DNA of 64,000 nucleotides from the human T2T-CHM13v2.0 reference genome, Homo sapiens, in the NCBI RefSeq assembly GCF_009914755.1, contig NC_060942.1. One strand, 5' to 3'. Below, piece by piece: positions 27,176 to 39,135 of this stretch. The notes beneath the pieces are model-generated. The model was not told the origin of the DNA. It ran no database searches and was given only the letters and a program-made list of their open reading frames with translations. Made by a program: the position numbers and the translations under genes. How positions within the stretch are numbered: the first letter of the stretch is position 1; every line of letters starts with the position of its first letter.

Positions 27176-30100
27176 TGTATTTTAATTATGAAGAATCAAG
27201 ACTTATGAAAATAAGGAATCACAATCTTGACAGTATCTATTATATATGCAAATACTAAAAAAAGTAACCTGTCTTTCCAAATGCTTTATTTTGCACCCTA
27301 AAATGTTATACGCAATCTGCAAAATAATCCACTGTTATCGACGTTTGAGTACACCACTATCTCCCTTTAAAACACAGCTTCATCAAGAAGGCCTCAAATA
27401 AAGAGAAGGATCATAAACCAAATCATGAATTTAACTCAGTTTCATTTACAAGGTACTTAATTCTAAATCAATTTGTAAATTAAATCAATGGTTATGATAT
27501 TCTCCCCAAATGTTCTTATCTGTCAAACAAAAAAAGATAGAACTGTGAATAAGAAGTGAAGTCCTCAAACACAAACATGGTATGTACACAATTACTTTTA
27601 TGGCAGCAAAACAATGTGTAGAGGCAAAAGCAAGTGAAATACAAATTATCTATCAATAAGCTAAGGCCACACCAAAAGCACAATCTTTAAAATATGGTAA
27701 AATTAAATCCACAAGTGTAAGAAGATAAATAAATTAGAGAAGCTTTGAAGCCAACAAATCCTTGGTGGGCAATTACCTATGGAATTTGATTCCTTAAGTC
27801 TTCATCATTATGCATGGAAGCCTCTACCAACAATCTAGAGCTACTAAACCATTATAAACAGAAAAGGCCTCCAGAAAGAAAGATGCTGGGACAAATGTGG
27901 ACAATCTGCATCCCTCCTGGCAGACTCTCAGATCTTTAAAAAAGATATACAAATATAAAAAAAGGTAAATGGTACCCGGATACACACAGTGTGTGGAAGT
28001 AGAAACCCCTCAATGTACCCTTTCCAAAATTAAAAACAAAAAACTGGGTAAAGCCTTGTTGAAAACTGGGTCACTAGTAAGCTCAGAGAAGGTATTAAGA
28101 AGCATCGCTGAAAAGATTAGAGTCTGTTAACACCTAAATCTTCTGATTAAAAACTTCAGGTCAGAAAGATATTTAGTTCTTTGTCTCCACTCTCGTTCTA
28201 ATAAAAGGAAGGACAAGAGAGACTATAACTTAACAGAATTCCAAATGTATTTGGCATTTGGCTGAAGTGATATTGCCAAACTACCAGAACTATGGCAAAA
28301 GATATTGTAAGAAAACCCACAAAAGGTATTTAGTGGCTTGACACCATAAATGTGCGAGTGGCCTTTAGCTGCAAAAAATGATTAATCTTTCCATTTTAAA
28401 CCAACTTCACCCTCCTTACCTCCAATATATTTCTATAGTGTCCGTCTTTCCTAATTTTGTGACAATTACAAATACATATGATATAAATATAAGAAAGATT
28501 CTGCGTACTGAGTGGAAGATGCCAGACACAAAAGAGAATATGGTTTCACAAAGTATAAATGAGCAAAAAAATCATGCTGTTGGAAGTCAAATAAATAGTT
28601 ACCACTGAGGGACGGTTAAAATTGGAAGGAGGTACTGGTAAAACTCTGTCTTGATTCAGTGCTGATTAACTAGTATGTTCCATTTAGGAACATTTAGCAG
28701 GCTGTCCACTTCTATGTATATTTTCCTGTATGCATTTGACACTTCCATAAAGTAAATGTATATGTGTGTATTATATGTACATAATCTGAATTTTGAGTTC
28801 CCTAAAATATCATATCAGGTAGCAGGATATTAGAACTCAATCGTAAAGGTGTTGACACCAAATAGACTTTAGCAAGAGAGTGGGTGCCAAAGGCCAATAT
28901 TTTCGCTGCAAAAACAGACTTTTCTTTATTTACTCAACCCGAGAGCCATAAAGAATGAACTTCAGACTTTGAATGTCTGTGTTAACCAATTAAGACAACA
29001 AAAGGAAAAATAATAACAAAGTGGTCACAGTTTCGAGTTTATTAAAGATTTATGTTAAGCGGGAGCGGGGGGATTACATCCCCTTTCAATTTAGTAAATG
29101 TAATTTTTTTTAGTCCTTTATTTCAGATTCCACTTAATAGTTTCCCAACCAACAAACAAGACATTTCGTGCAAGATTACAGTCAAGCCAAGTGTATCCAC
29201 CCACCAACAACAGGTCAAGTTACAAGTAAAATAGTTCTAGGTTTTTCCCAGCAGCAAACAAATCAGTATCTGTACTCAGTTACACTACAGAATATTCACC
29301 GGAACTTGTCTGCAGTGGGTCATTTCAAGATGTGGACATGTATATTAAAATATGCCAAATAACATTATTAGTGTGCGAAAAAGTAATGCAAAGTGTTCAA
29401 ATATGGAAAATGTTTGAACATTAAACATTAAAACTTTTCAAAAATTGGTGGTGGAATATCTTGCATTTACTTTCACCCTGAAGAATATGGAAAAAAGAGT
29501 TTCAAAAAAAATGTGTGGTCTTGTGGCCTGAGAGTTTATAGGCTTTCAGAAAGTATTTTAAGTTCCAAGATTCATTAAAAAAAATTATTTTTGAGTACTT
29601 ACCAGCATATTATTTGTTGATCAAAACTATTAGAAGAACTTTTAAAAACTGATTATGAATGCTTCTAAAATGTTTTTTCTCTCCTAAAGACCACAGGAAA
29701 AAAGAATGAAAATCTTAACCAAGCATTATGTTTTGGCTTCAGATGCCAAAAGAAAGCAAAATATTTAAGGCCAAGATTAAACAGAGAGTGTAATTCAAAA
29801 GTTAATTATTTAAAGAAAAAAAAATCAACTAAGTAGAGAGAAACTGAAACTCTTCTTTATTGTGACAGTCATTCTCTGGGTATTATACAAAAAGGGCTGC
29901 AGTCTGATAAAGGGAGAAACCCGTATGCTTTGTAGTCAAGCCCAACTTGAATATGACAAATATGGTTTTATTCTGGATTCTCATATTCAGAATGTTTGAG
30001 TTCCAGTTTTACCATCTCTAAAATGAGAGCAAAACCACCTATCTCATAGAGTTACAGAAACAATGAACTGAAACATAATAGTTTCCTTCCCTGAAATTAA

Positions 30101-31309
30101 AAATACTTAATTTCTGAGGTTTAATACTAACAGACATTGGCTTGAAAAACTCTTTAAAGAGGCAGCAGCAAATACCTAGTTTCAAGGGTTTTCTCTGCTG
30201 TATCTGCTCTACTGAGTTCTGTGAATGACGTACTGACAATTACCAAATATAAAATAAATTGAGGAATGTCTTAAAACTGCAGATGTGGGAAAAAACTAAA
30301 AGGGCAATCCTTACAACCTTTAACGAAAGCAGTAACATCAAAATCCAATATTTAGTGCAACAGAAGAAAGTTAAGAAAACTCAAAGTGTATTTTAGTAAT
30401 GAAGGGAGAAAAGAGTCATTTTACATTTTTAGTGCCAGTGATTTCTGGAATAATAAAAACTCCAAACTATGCACCTTTTAATTTACTTTTTAAAACTAAT
30501 TATTTAATCCACCCAAACATTAAGTAACATATCAGAATGGAAAGAAAATCTGGGCATACATGTTTTAAATTATAATGGCCAATTAATGTTTTTAATTACA
30601 CAAAAATCAGTATTAAAATTAAAACTACAATATATGGGAGTAGGTAAGTACACTATCTAATTTTTAAATTATAGCTAGGTATATTTTATGAAAGAAAATC
30701 TAAGAACAGATCATGGATCAAACATCTCTGCATTATAATTCCCATACCATATGTATAATAGCAACTCTTTTTAAATAGCTCAAGCTGCTTTAAAGCACTA
30801 TACAACTAATTCTCCCAATGCTACTTTGAAAAACCCAAGTTAAACTGCTTACTTAATCAAGGCAGTGGGTACACTAGAACTCTCATTCATATACTAAATG
30901 TTCTTCTGTATCTCCAGTTCCACATACTAGTAAGGTCCACTTTCAATTACACTTCCACTATTAGAACAGATGAAAAGTTAAACATTCAATCAGTCAGGAG
31001 AATGTGAAATATTACCATGGTTTACCCAACTATTATAATCTCTCAGGCACTGAGAACTCAGCATAAAGTGGTTATTCCATGATGTCAGCATGGAAACGTA
31101 TCCATTATTTAGCTATCCATTAATTCAGCCAATCTTCCTTTGGATCTACTTATAGCTCAGGCTGCTATAGGTTGTTCTAAACCTAACTTGGATTGTCCTA
31201 GTGTTAGTTTAGGTTATCTTCATTCTTAAATCTACTGTTTGATTGTATATTTCTCAGTTATAGCTTATATTGTGGTCTGTGTCAAATTAATCCTCATTCA
31301 GAAGCCTGA

Positions 31310-31643
<334 letters not shown>

Positions 31644-31946
31644 CTCTGTAGCTTTTTTAGGTTCATGACTATTCCCAAAACATGAGGTGGCTTAACAATC
31701 GCTTTCTTGAACCTGAACTAGTAGAAAATGTTTTGTTCCCTACAGCAGGGGTTATTAAATTTAGCTTAACATTATGCCATAATTTCTTAAATCATTTCTT
31801 ACTCATGGACTTTTAGAGATCAAATAATCCAATCTTTCGTAATCATAAGCAATGCTTCAATAAATATCTTCGTATATGTATCTATACCATGTGTTTGTCA
31901 TAAATACATGCATACCTGTACCAAAAAAAAAAAAAAAACTAGAGGA

Positions 31947-32243
31947 GGCCAGGAGCAGTGGCTCGTGTCTGTAATCCGAGCACTTCGGGAGGCCGAGGCA
32001 GGCGGATTCCCTGAAGTCAGGAGTTCGAGTCGAGACCAGCCTTGCCAACATGGTGAAACCTCATCTCTACTAAATATACAAAAATTAGCTGGGCATGGTG
32101 GCACACGTAATCCCAGCTACACAGGAGGCTGAGGCAGGAGAATTCCTTGAGCCCGGGAGACGGAGGATGTAGTTGAGCCAAGACTGTGCCACTGCACTCC
32201 AGCCTGACAGAGCGAGACTGTCTTTAAAAAAAAAAAAAAAAAA
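31947..32243 (+). mobile_element. AluS, full length
   Basis: GGCCAGG start, A tail, TSD AAA(A/G)CTAGAGGA. Confidence 0.96.
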
Positions 32244-32398
32244 GCTAGAGGAAAACTTGACAAAGGGCTAGAGCTGTATTTTTAATGCTGACCCACTTAT
32301 ATTTTTAATGTTGACCCCCTATCACTCAATTCAATGGCTCTCCTGAAGGCTATCTTCTCTCAAAGAAACATGAGCTCATAAAACTAATAAAAAAAATT

Positions 32399-32488
32399 TT
32401 CTCAGTAATATTACACTTACCTTCATTTTAAGCCTAAAAATAATTTTTATTCTCAGTAATATTACACTTACCTTCCTTTAAGCCTAAA
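32399..32488. repeat. Direct duplication of a ~40-bp unit (period 51 bp)
   Basis: TTCTCAGTAATATTACACTTACCTTC..TTTAAGCCTAAA at 32399 and 32450. Confidence 0.95.
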
Positions 32489-33076
32489 CCCCTCCCCAAA
32501 ATTGTTTACTTTTACTGGCAAAGGTAGCACAGCCAATGAAGAAAATTTTAAGTTTAAAATTCAGGCATATAAAAAATATAGATGACTTTAAACCTATCAC
32601 GATAAACTACGGTTAATAAATCTTCAAAACTCACATTCTATCACTCCAAGTATCTGAAAATTCTTACATTTTCGGCTGAAAAAAGCCTTTCCACAACCTT
32701 CAAAAAGGAGATGTGTTTGAGATATTTTTTAAGTAGCCCCAGGAATCATGCAACTGGACAGTCTCTTAGAGATCAACTAATCCAACTAGGCCCAAGATTT
32801 TATTGTTGAGGAAAATGAGGTCACGGGACTTTAAGAGAGTAGACTACATCTGGACGAAATCAGAACCCCATGCTTCCTGCCCTGGACACTAGCTCTTGCC
32901 CTTGACACTACACAAGGGCATTCACTTACACAGATCAGTTATTATACTGTTGGTGCCTAAACCACCTTTCATGACATAAAGTAATCAATCAATTATTGAT
33001 TGACACTTCATATCAGACTGTACTCAGTGTTGCAGGAGACTCATATGTATATAGCAGTCCTCAACATACATTTGGG

Positions 33077-33108
<32 letters not shown>

Positions 33109-33112
33109 GTGT
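33077..33112. repeat. (GT)n microsatellite, 18 units with one GC interruption
   Basis: Read directly from sequence. Confidence 0.95.
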
Positions 33113-36100
33113 ATGCAATCCAAGGGCTTGGGGGCTGTAAGTACAGTTGGAAGCAGATGAGGAAGTGCACTGAGTACCAAAGAGTGAGCGACAAGGAATA
33201 AAAATCTAAGCAGAATTTAATCTAAATTTTCCTTAAAGAGACTATTATAACATAAATCATAATGTTTAAATCTACATCTTTCAAAAAGTCCCATTTAGCT
33301 TGTGAATTCACCTTGTTCTGCCTACTTTAGACCTATCACTTCATACATGCAGAAGATATAGCTCTTACTAAAACATTAATATGTATATACCTCTTCCTTG
33401 GCATGGATAAGGTTGTTTAATTAAAACTTACATGTATTTAGTTAAATACAAAGACTAGCATCTGCTCAAATTAACTGATGTCTTTTTCTGAAAAATTAAA
33501 ATAAAAATAAAATTTTAGTAGAAAAAAACAGAAATGTGAGACACAGTGATTTGTTGGTACCAATTATGTTTCAACTTAAAACTCTTAACTTGAAAATACT
33601 TAGGTTCTAGCAAGTATACTGCTGTCAGAGCGAAATACTTATTCAGATGACAAAATCCAAATTTAAAAATCTATCACATTTTTAAATGGCTGACAAAAAC
33701 CACCACCAAATCTAAGCAGTGCCTAAACTTGATTACTTTTTTGTATTTGAGCCAAAAGAACAAATCTGAATGTTAACCTGGGAAAAATGGTAGTGTATAT
33801 ACGAACACAACACTTCTTAAATAACAGCTCTGATTTTTAAAAATCACTCTTCTAACTTCATAATAACCCCTTGAAAAGAAGATGGGGATTTTAATCACTT
33901 AGGATTAAAAAAAATAGGATTTAAAGCAAGATTAACTGTTGCTTTAAGTCTTGACATTTCCCTATTAATAACCCTAAAGCTTAATGAGGCACAACAGATT
34001 TAAGAATTGAAATTGTTAATGAAAAAGAAAATTAAGGACAGTTTGGTGCTCTATACCATCATGAAAATAATCTGCTCCAGAAAGATTTTAGTCTCTACAT
34101 GTAAAAAGCAAGAAATATCTAAAAAGTATTTCCTTGTAAAATCTCAGTCTGAACTTTTAGAAGGTTAGGGCAGACTTTGATGAAAGTATAAAAGTCAGAA
34201 AGTACCTATGGTTTAATATATAGTGTTTTAAAAACAAGTGAGGATACATAAAATACTGTTTTTCAAATTACACCTAGTATGTTTGTAACCTTTCACCTAT
34301 TAGTAATGACCGCATGCCTCAAGTTAAGAAAAGCAAAGAAATATACATAACTGTGTCTAGTAAGTAAACTCTGAACACCAAGTTAACTCTTCTTATTTTC
34401 ACAAGAACTTATGTTTCAAAAGCACATGAAAATCAAATAAATACTGAGAATAAACACGATTTACACTTAAAATCACTGCTGAATCCTTGCCACATTCTAG
34501 AACAAAGCTGCTTCTTTTTATGTATACTTCATATGTTGAATATTAATTTCTTTAAAATCTGTACCTAATAGGTGAAAAACACATAAGATTTATCCATCGT
34601 TTTTCCAAGGTCCTCACGCAGGGTTGAAACCAGGATCTGTTAAGTCTTAGAAATGAATTTCTATGAACATTAAAATACTGTCCTAGATGCCCCATAACCC
34701 ATACAAACGTATTTAAATTAGAACAATGGGGTTATGCAATTAAGATGTGAACTAGAAAAACAACACAGGTTTCTAATATATTAATTAACTAGGTCAATGG
34801 TAAAAGCAACATTGATTTTTTTTCTTAACAATAAACCTATGTAAAGATTTGAAAGTCACTTGTATTATTTAAAAGGAAAGCTAGTTATAACTTTGTGATA
34901 TAATATTTTATACTTTTATCAGGTAAGCTGAATGCTCAAATTCGGATTTTTTAATATAAAAAAGGCTAACATCTTAAAATAAGACTAAAGAAAATCTTGA
35001 TGTTGAACATCATAACATGCAAGATTGACTAGAATTATGTAAATCTACATAACAAGACTAACTAAACTAGTAATTTCTCTAAGTAAAATAAGGTACACAG
35101 ACACTTCAGTTAACAATTCAAGGCACAGAGTCCTTTGAATATTCAATTATATTTAGCTTGTAAAAAAACAAGGGTGCTCCGTATCTGCACTAATAACCTA
35201 CATATTCTCTTTTCTAAAACTATCGGCTGCTTAGTCTGGAATTTAAAAAAAAAAGAAAAAAAAAACCTAGACTGTTAATAGCAGCTGACTGCAGGACAGC
35301 CACTTTCACCTTGCAGATAGAGCTTTGTTGTTCGGGCGTGTAAAGCAGACCATTAGCACAAAGTCATTTCTAATCTCAGTTGTACAATCCACATGGTGCA
35401 CTTAACCCTAAAACTCATGTTGCGTAAACTGCTCTGCTTCCACTCCTAATGACCTTTCAAATCATTCAATGTTACTGCTTGACTTGTACTCATGAATTAG
35501 AGGACTGCCAAATAACTTGATGAGAAAGTTATAATTTCTCCTTTCCTGAAGGTTTAAAAAAGTCAACATTGGTATAGAAGAAACTGAGAAAGAACATACA
35601 ATGGAAAAGCACATTATTTAATGCTTATAAACGATATTTTTAGAAACACTTAAGAAAAAACTGACAGAAAATTCACACCTGACTTCAAGGCAGATGACTA
35701 AAACAGAAAATGAGAGTGCTCCACTTGTAACACACATAGATTTCCCACAGTATTCATGACCAACAAATGTCTCTTCGTGTCCTAACTTCGCTGCACAGTA
35801 TTCAATTAAAACTCACTTTTAGATGAAAAAGTTTGTGAAAATAACCATCTGCTGCTGGATTCACACTGAGGATTTACTGTCTGTAAATAAGACGACCCAA
35901 TGCTGTCCAAAAATTAGTGTTTTTAAAGTAAGATTTGTAAAAAATGTATCACATCTCCTTTGTTAAAAAAAAATCCTAATACACAGGAGTCTTTAAGTTT
36001 GTCTTGCCTTCCATTTAACTTCAAATACTTTAGAAGCAGGACTTTTTTCCTTCTTCCTCCTTCAGCCTAACCTCTTTAATAAACCCCATTTTTAAAGAAG

Positions 36101-37962
36101 AAACAATAAATGAAGTGACAGGAGGTCAAAGAATGAGGAGTGTGCGCTGGGAGAATAAAGGGCGGTTTTATAACAGGAGGTACTTTTGTTAGCAAGTGAC
36201 TGGCAGGTCTCCTCCCCCAAGTTAGAAGGAATTCCATCCACTCTCCAAAACTGCAAAGGCCAAAAATGTCTAGTCTAATAGTTCTGAAATCCCCGAGTCA
36301 GGAGAGAGCCGAGTGGCGGATGGCGAGTGGGGGAAGGGAGAAAGACCGGTAGGAGACTAAAGAACAAAAGAAGAAATCCAAGAAAGGGAAAAGGAACGCT
36401 GGGACCCTGGCCTGGGAGGCAGGGGTGGGGAGAGACAAAGTGAGAGAGCACGACCCGGGAGGAGAGCGTGGAGCCGGGCAGGGACAGGCGTGCCGCACCA
36501 TGGCGCACCATGGACAGGGCTCCGCGCGGCGGCGGCCCACGACCGTCTAGGGGTTGCGGGAGAAAGCGCGAGAGACTGCGGAGGCCAGCCCCGTCCAGCC
36601 CCTGCCCCCGCCCCAGCAGCACTCACCCCCCGGCGGGCCGGAGCGCGCCAGGCCCTGACCCGTGAAGACCACGGAGCGGGGTAATCCACACCACCTGTCT
36701 CCACCCCCGGAGCAGGCACTTCCGAGCTGCGTCCGCACTTTTCGGGGCTGCCAGCTGGCAGTAGAGCACCTCTCCCCTTGCCCCGAGGGCGACAGGCAGG
36801 GGGACCCTCCGTGGATTTTCCTGCCCCGCGGCGAGGGTGGGCACGCCCCTTTCCCGCAACCTTCGAGGGACCCCACGGCAGGCGGAGACCGACTTGGGAC
36901 CAGGGCACTGCACCCGCCCAGCTAGAGGGTCCCGGCCGAGGCTGTGTGAAGTGGCCTCCAGGCCTGGGCTGGCTGGTCGGGAGGAGCCTGGGGGCATCCT
37001 CGGGTTGGAGGCGGCGGAAAGTTGGGCTGCCCCCGGGCTGGGAACCCGCAGCGTGCAGTGGCGAGGGAACCTGCGCCCGGACTGGAGCAGGTGCTTCCTG
37101 CCGCGGAGGAGCCTCTTAGTAGAGATTAAATGAAAAGGCTCGCTGGCTCTCTCCCGAGGGTATGAAAAGTACGGAAGGCTCCAGGCAAAGGCGCCCCCGG
37201 GGCGCATATAGGGCACAGGCAGCCGGACAGAGAAAGGAGCAGCCGCGTAACGGAACTTCTCGCCCGGGGGAGATACTAGGCGTGAGAGGCCAGACTCGTT
37301 CTACAGGCAGGCGCTGACCGGCAGAGACTCCTCCGGGCAAGAGGGCCAGATTTTCTTTCCAGGTGGGACGAACACAGAATATTGTGAGGGCAAGAGAAGA
37401 AGAAAAGGAGGCAACTCCAGACTGGGATAAAGACAATAGGACAGTAGAGCCCTTGAGCACCGGGAGGCGCACGGGTGCAGGGTGGGGTAAGGTGGAGGCA
37501 AGTCCCGTAACTAAGACACCAGAGTGAGAATTCCTACTGTAAACTCGCGACCCATCCCTGCAGAAATAAACAAAAAAATTGGAGCAAAGTACTATGCGAG
37601 GGGCGAAAGGCACAGAAAACTGCAAAACCTGGGAGTTATCCTGCCTCACCCTCCTGCTGCCTGGGGACACCCCCCGCGAGCTTGCTCGGCCCCGAAGAAG
37701 GAGCAGAGGGGACCCGCAATCCGGCCCCTAGAGCCCCGCCAGGAAAGGCGCGAGAGACCTACTGGCCCCGGCAACCCTGCCCCGGCGCCCGGACGGAGCC
37801 TGATGCCTGCGCAGCTACCGGCCGCGCGGCGCGGCGCGGCGCGGCGTGGCACCTCCCTTCCCGGGTGCGCAGCCCGGCCCCGCAGCGGCGCGGGGAACAA
37901 AGGGACCCGGCGCCGCCCGCCCCACCCCGCCCGTGGCCCGGCCCGCGGGGACCGCCGCGTAC

Positions 37963-38022
37963 CTGAAGCAGGGCCGCCAGCAGCGGCAGCAGGGTCCGCA
38001 GCGCTCCCGCTATCCGGCACAT
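37963..38022 (-). CDS. CDH2: N-cadherin (cadherin-2) coding exon 1, signal peptide MCRIAGALRTLLPLLAALLQ (20 codons, phase-0 end)
   Basis: ATG at 38022-38020 in GCCTCCATG context; translation matches the known human N-cadherin N-terminus; donor CAG|GTACGC at 37963/37962. Confidence 0.98.
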
Positions 38023-38130
38023 GGAGGCGGAGAGGGGCCGAGCGAAGAGCCGGAGGAGGCGGCGGCGGCGGCGGCGGCGGCGGAGGAGGAGGAGGCAGCG
38101 GCAGCACCAACAGCGGCGCGGAGAAACGGC
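38023..38130 (-). other. CDH2: CDH2 proximal 5' UTR (upper boundary/TSS approximate)
   Basis: GC-rich leader with no upstream ATG, directly 5' of the start codon; TSS cannot be fixed from sequence. Confidence 0.7.
38052..38105 (-). repeat. Compound trinucleotide repeat in the 5' UTR: plus strand (GGA)2(GGC)8(GGA)4-GGCAGCGGCAGC, i.e. (GCC)8 in the mRNA
   Basis: Read directly from sequence. Confidence 0.95.
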
Positions 38131-38139
38131 TCCAGGCAG

Positions 38140-38325
38140 TTTCCACCCCCTTCCCTTCCCCTCCCCTCCCCACCCCCTTCTTCGCTGCTCTCCGCTCCCC
38201 GCCAATGGAGAGCGAGCTGATGACAAATAGCGGGCCGCGGAGTCCGCGGGACTCGCACCAGGAGTAATAAAACAGACCCAGAGATCAAGGAGCTGGGGAG
38301 GGGGCGGGGGAACAGGGAGGGAGAG
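38140..38325 (-). promoter_or_regulatory. TATA-less proximal promoter: C-run tract, CCAAT box (38202-38206), GC box/G-run cluster (38295-38323)
   Basis: GCCAATGG at 38201 and GGGGAGGGGGCGGGGG at 38295, 120-300 bp upstream of the ATG. Confidence 0.65.
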
Positions 38326-39059
38326 CGTGTGAGCGTCTGCGAGTGTGTGGAGGCGGCTGCTGTGGCAGCGCAGGCGGCTCGGCTCCGGCCCGGAGCGCAG
38401 CGGAAGCCGCGAGGGATGCAGCGGCGGGGACCTTGGCCGGTGGAGGATGTGGAGGTGGAAGTGGAGCGGATGGCGCTCCCCAAGAGCTCCGCCACGCGAG
38501 GTTTCGGGCTCGTGGTTTTGCTTCCTCCGGGTCCCCGCTCCAGGGCCGCTCGGCGCGACGAAGACGCCGGGGACAGCGCCGCGGGGAGGGCGCTCCGGGT
38601 CGTGCGTGCTGCACCCACAAAGAGCAGCAGTCCCGCCACTCCGCGCCTCCGCTGCGTGGGGGCCGAGGGGCGCTTCTCGGCTCCTCTTTCCGGTCCCCCG
38701 GCGAGTTGGAGACTGTTCTCCGGCCTCGGCCGCAAGGGGGTGAGGCGAGGGGCCGGCGCGGTCTCTCCCGCCGCGGCTCCGTCCCGCGCAGCTGCTGCCG
38801 CAGCCGCCCCTGCTGCCCGCGCACCGGCACCCGCCCGCCGGTCCTCGCCCTGCGCCGCTCACTCGCGCGCGCCGCCCTCCGTCGCCGACCGCGCACCCCG
38901 CTCGGCCTCCGCTGCGCGACCTGGGCGAGCCGCCGCCGCTCTCCCCGCGCTCGCCCCACGCGCTGCCTGGCTGCGCGGCCCGCTCCCCTCTCCTATTCCT
39001 CCCGCCGCCGCCGCCGCCCTCGCCCCCGCCTCCCTCCTCCGCCGAGCCTCCCCGCCCGC

Positions 39060-39135
39060 GTCGTGGCCAATCGGAGGCCACCAAGCTGCGGCTGTAGCCG
39101 GCCGGATCCGCGGCAGCCGCCCGCCCCCGCCCCGC
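39060..39135 (-). promoter_or_regulatory. Distal CCAAT (NF-Y-like GGCCAATCGG) plus GC boxes; candidate upstream promoter
   Basis: CCAAT at 39067-39071; CCGCCCGCCCCCGCCCC around 39117-39133. Confidence 0.45.
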
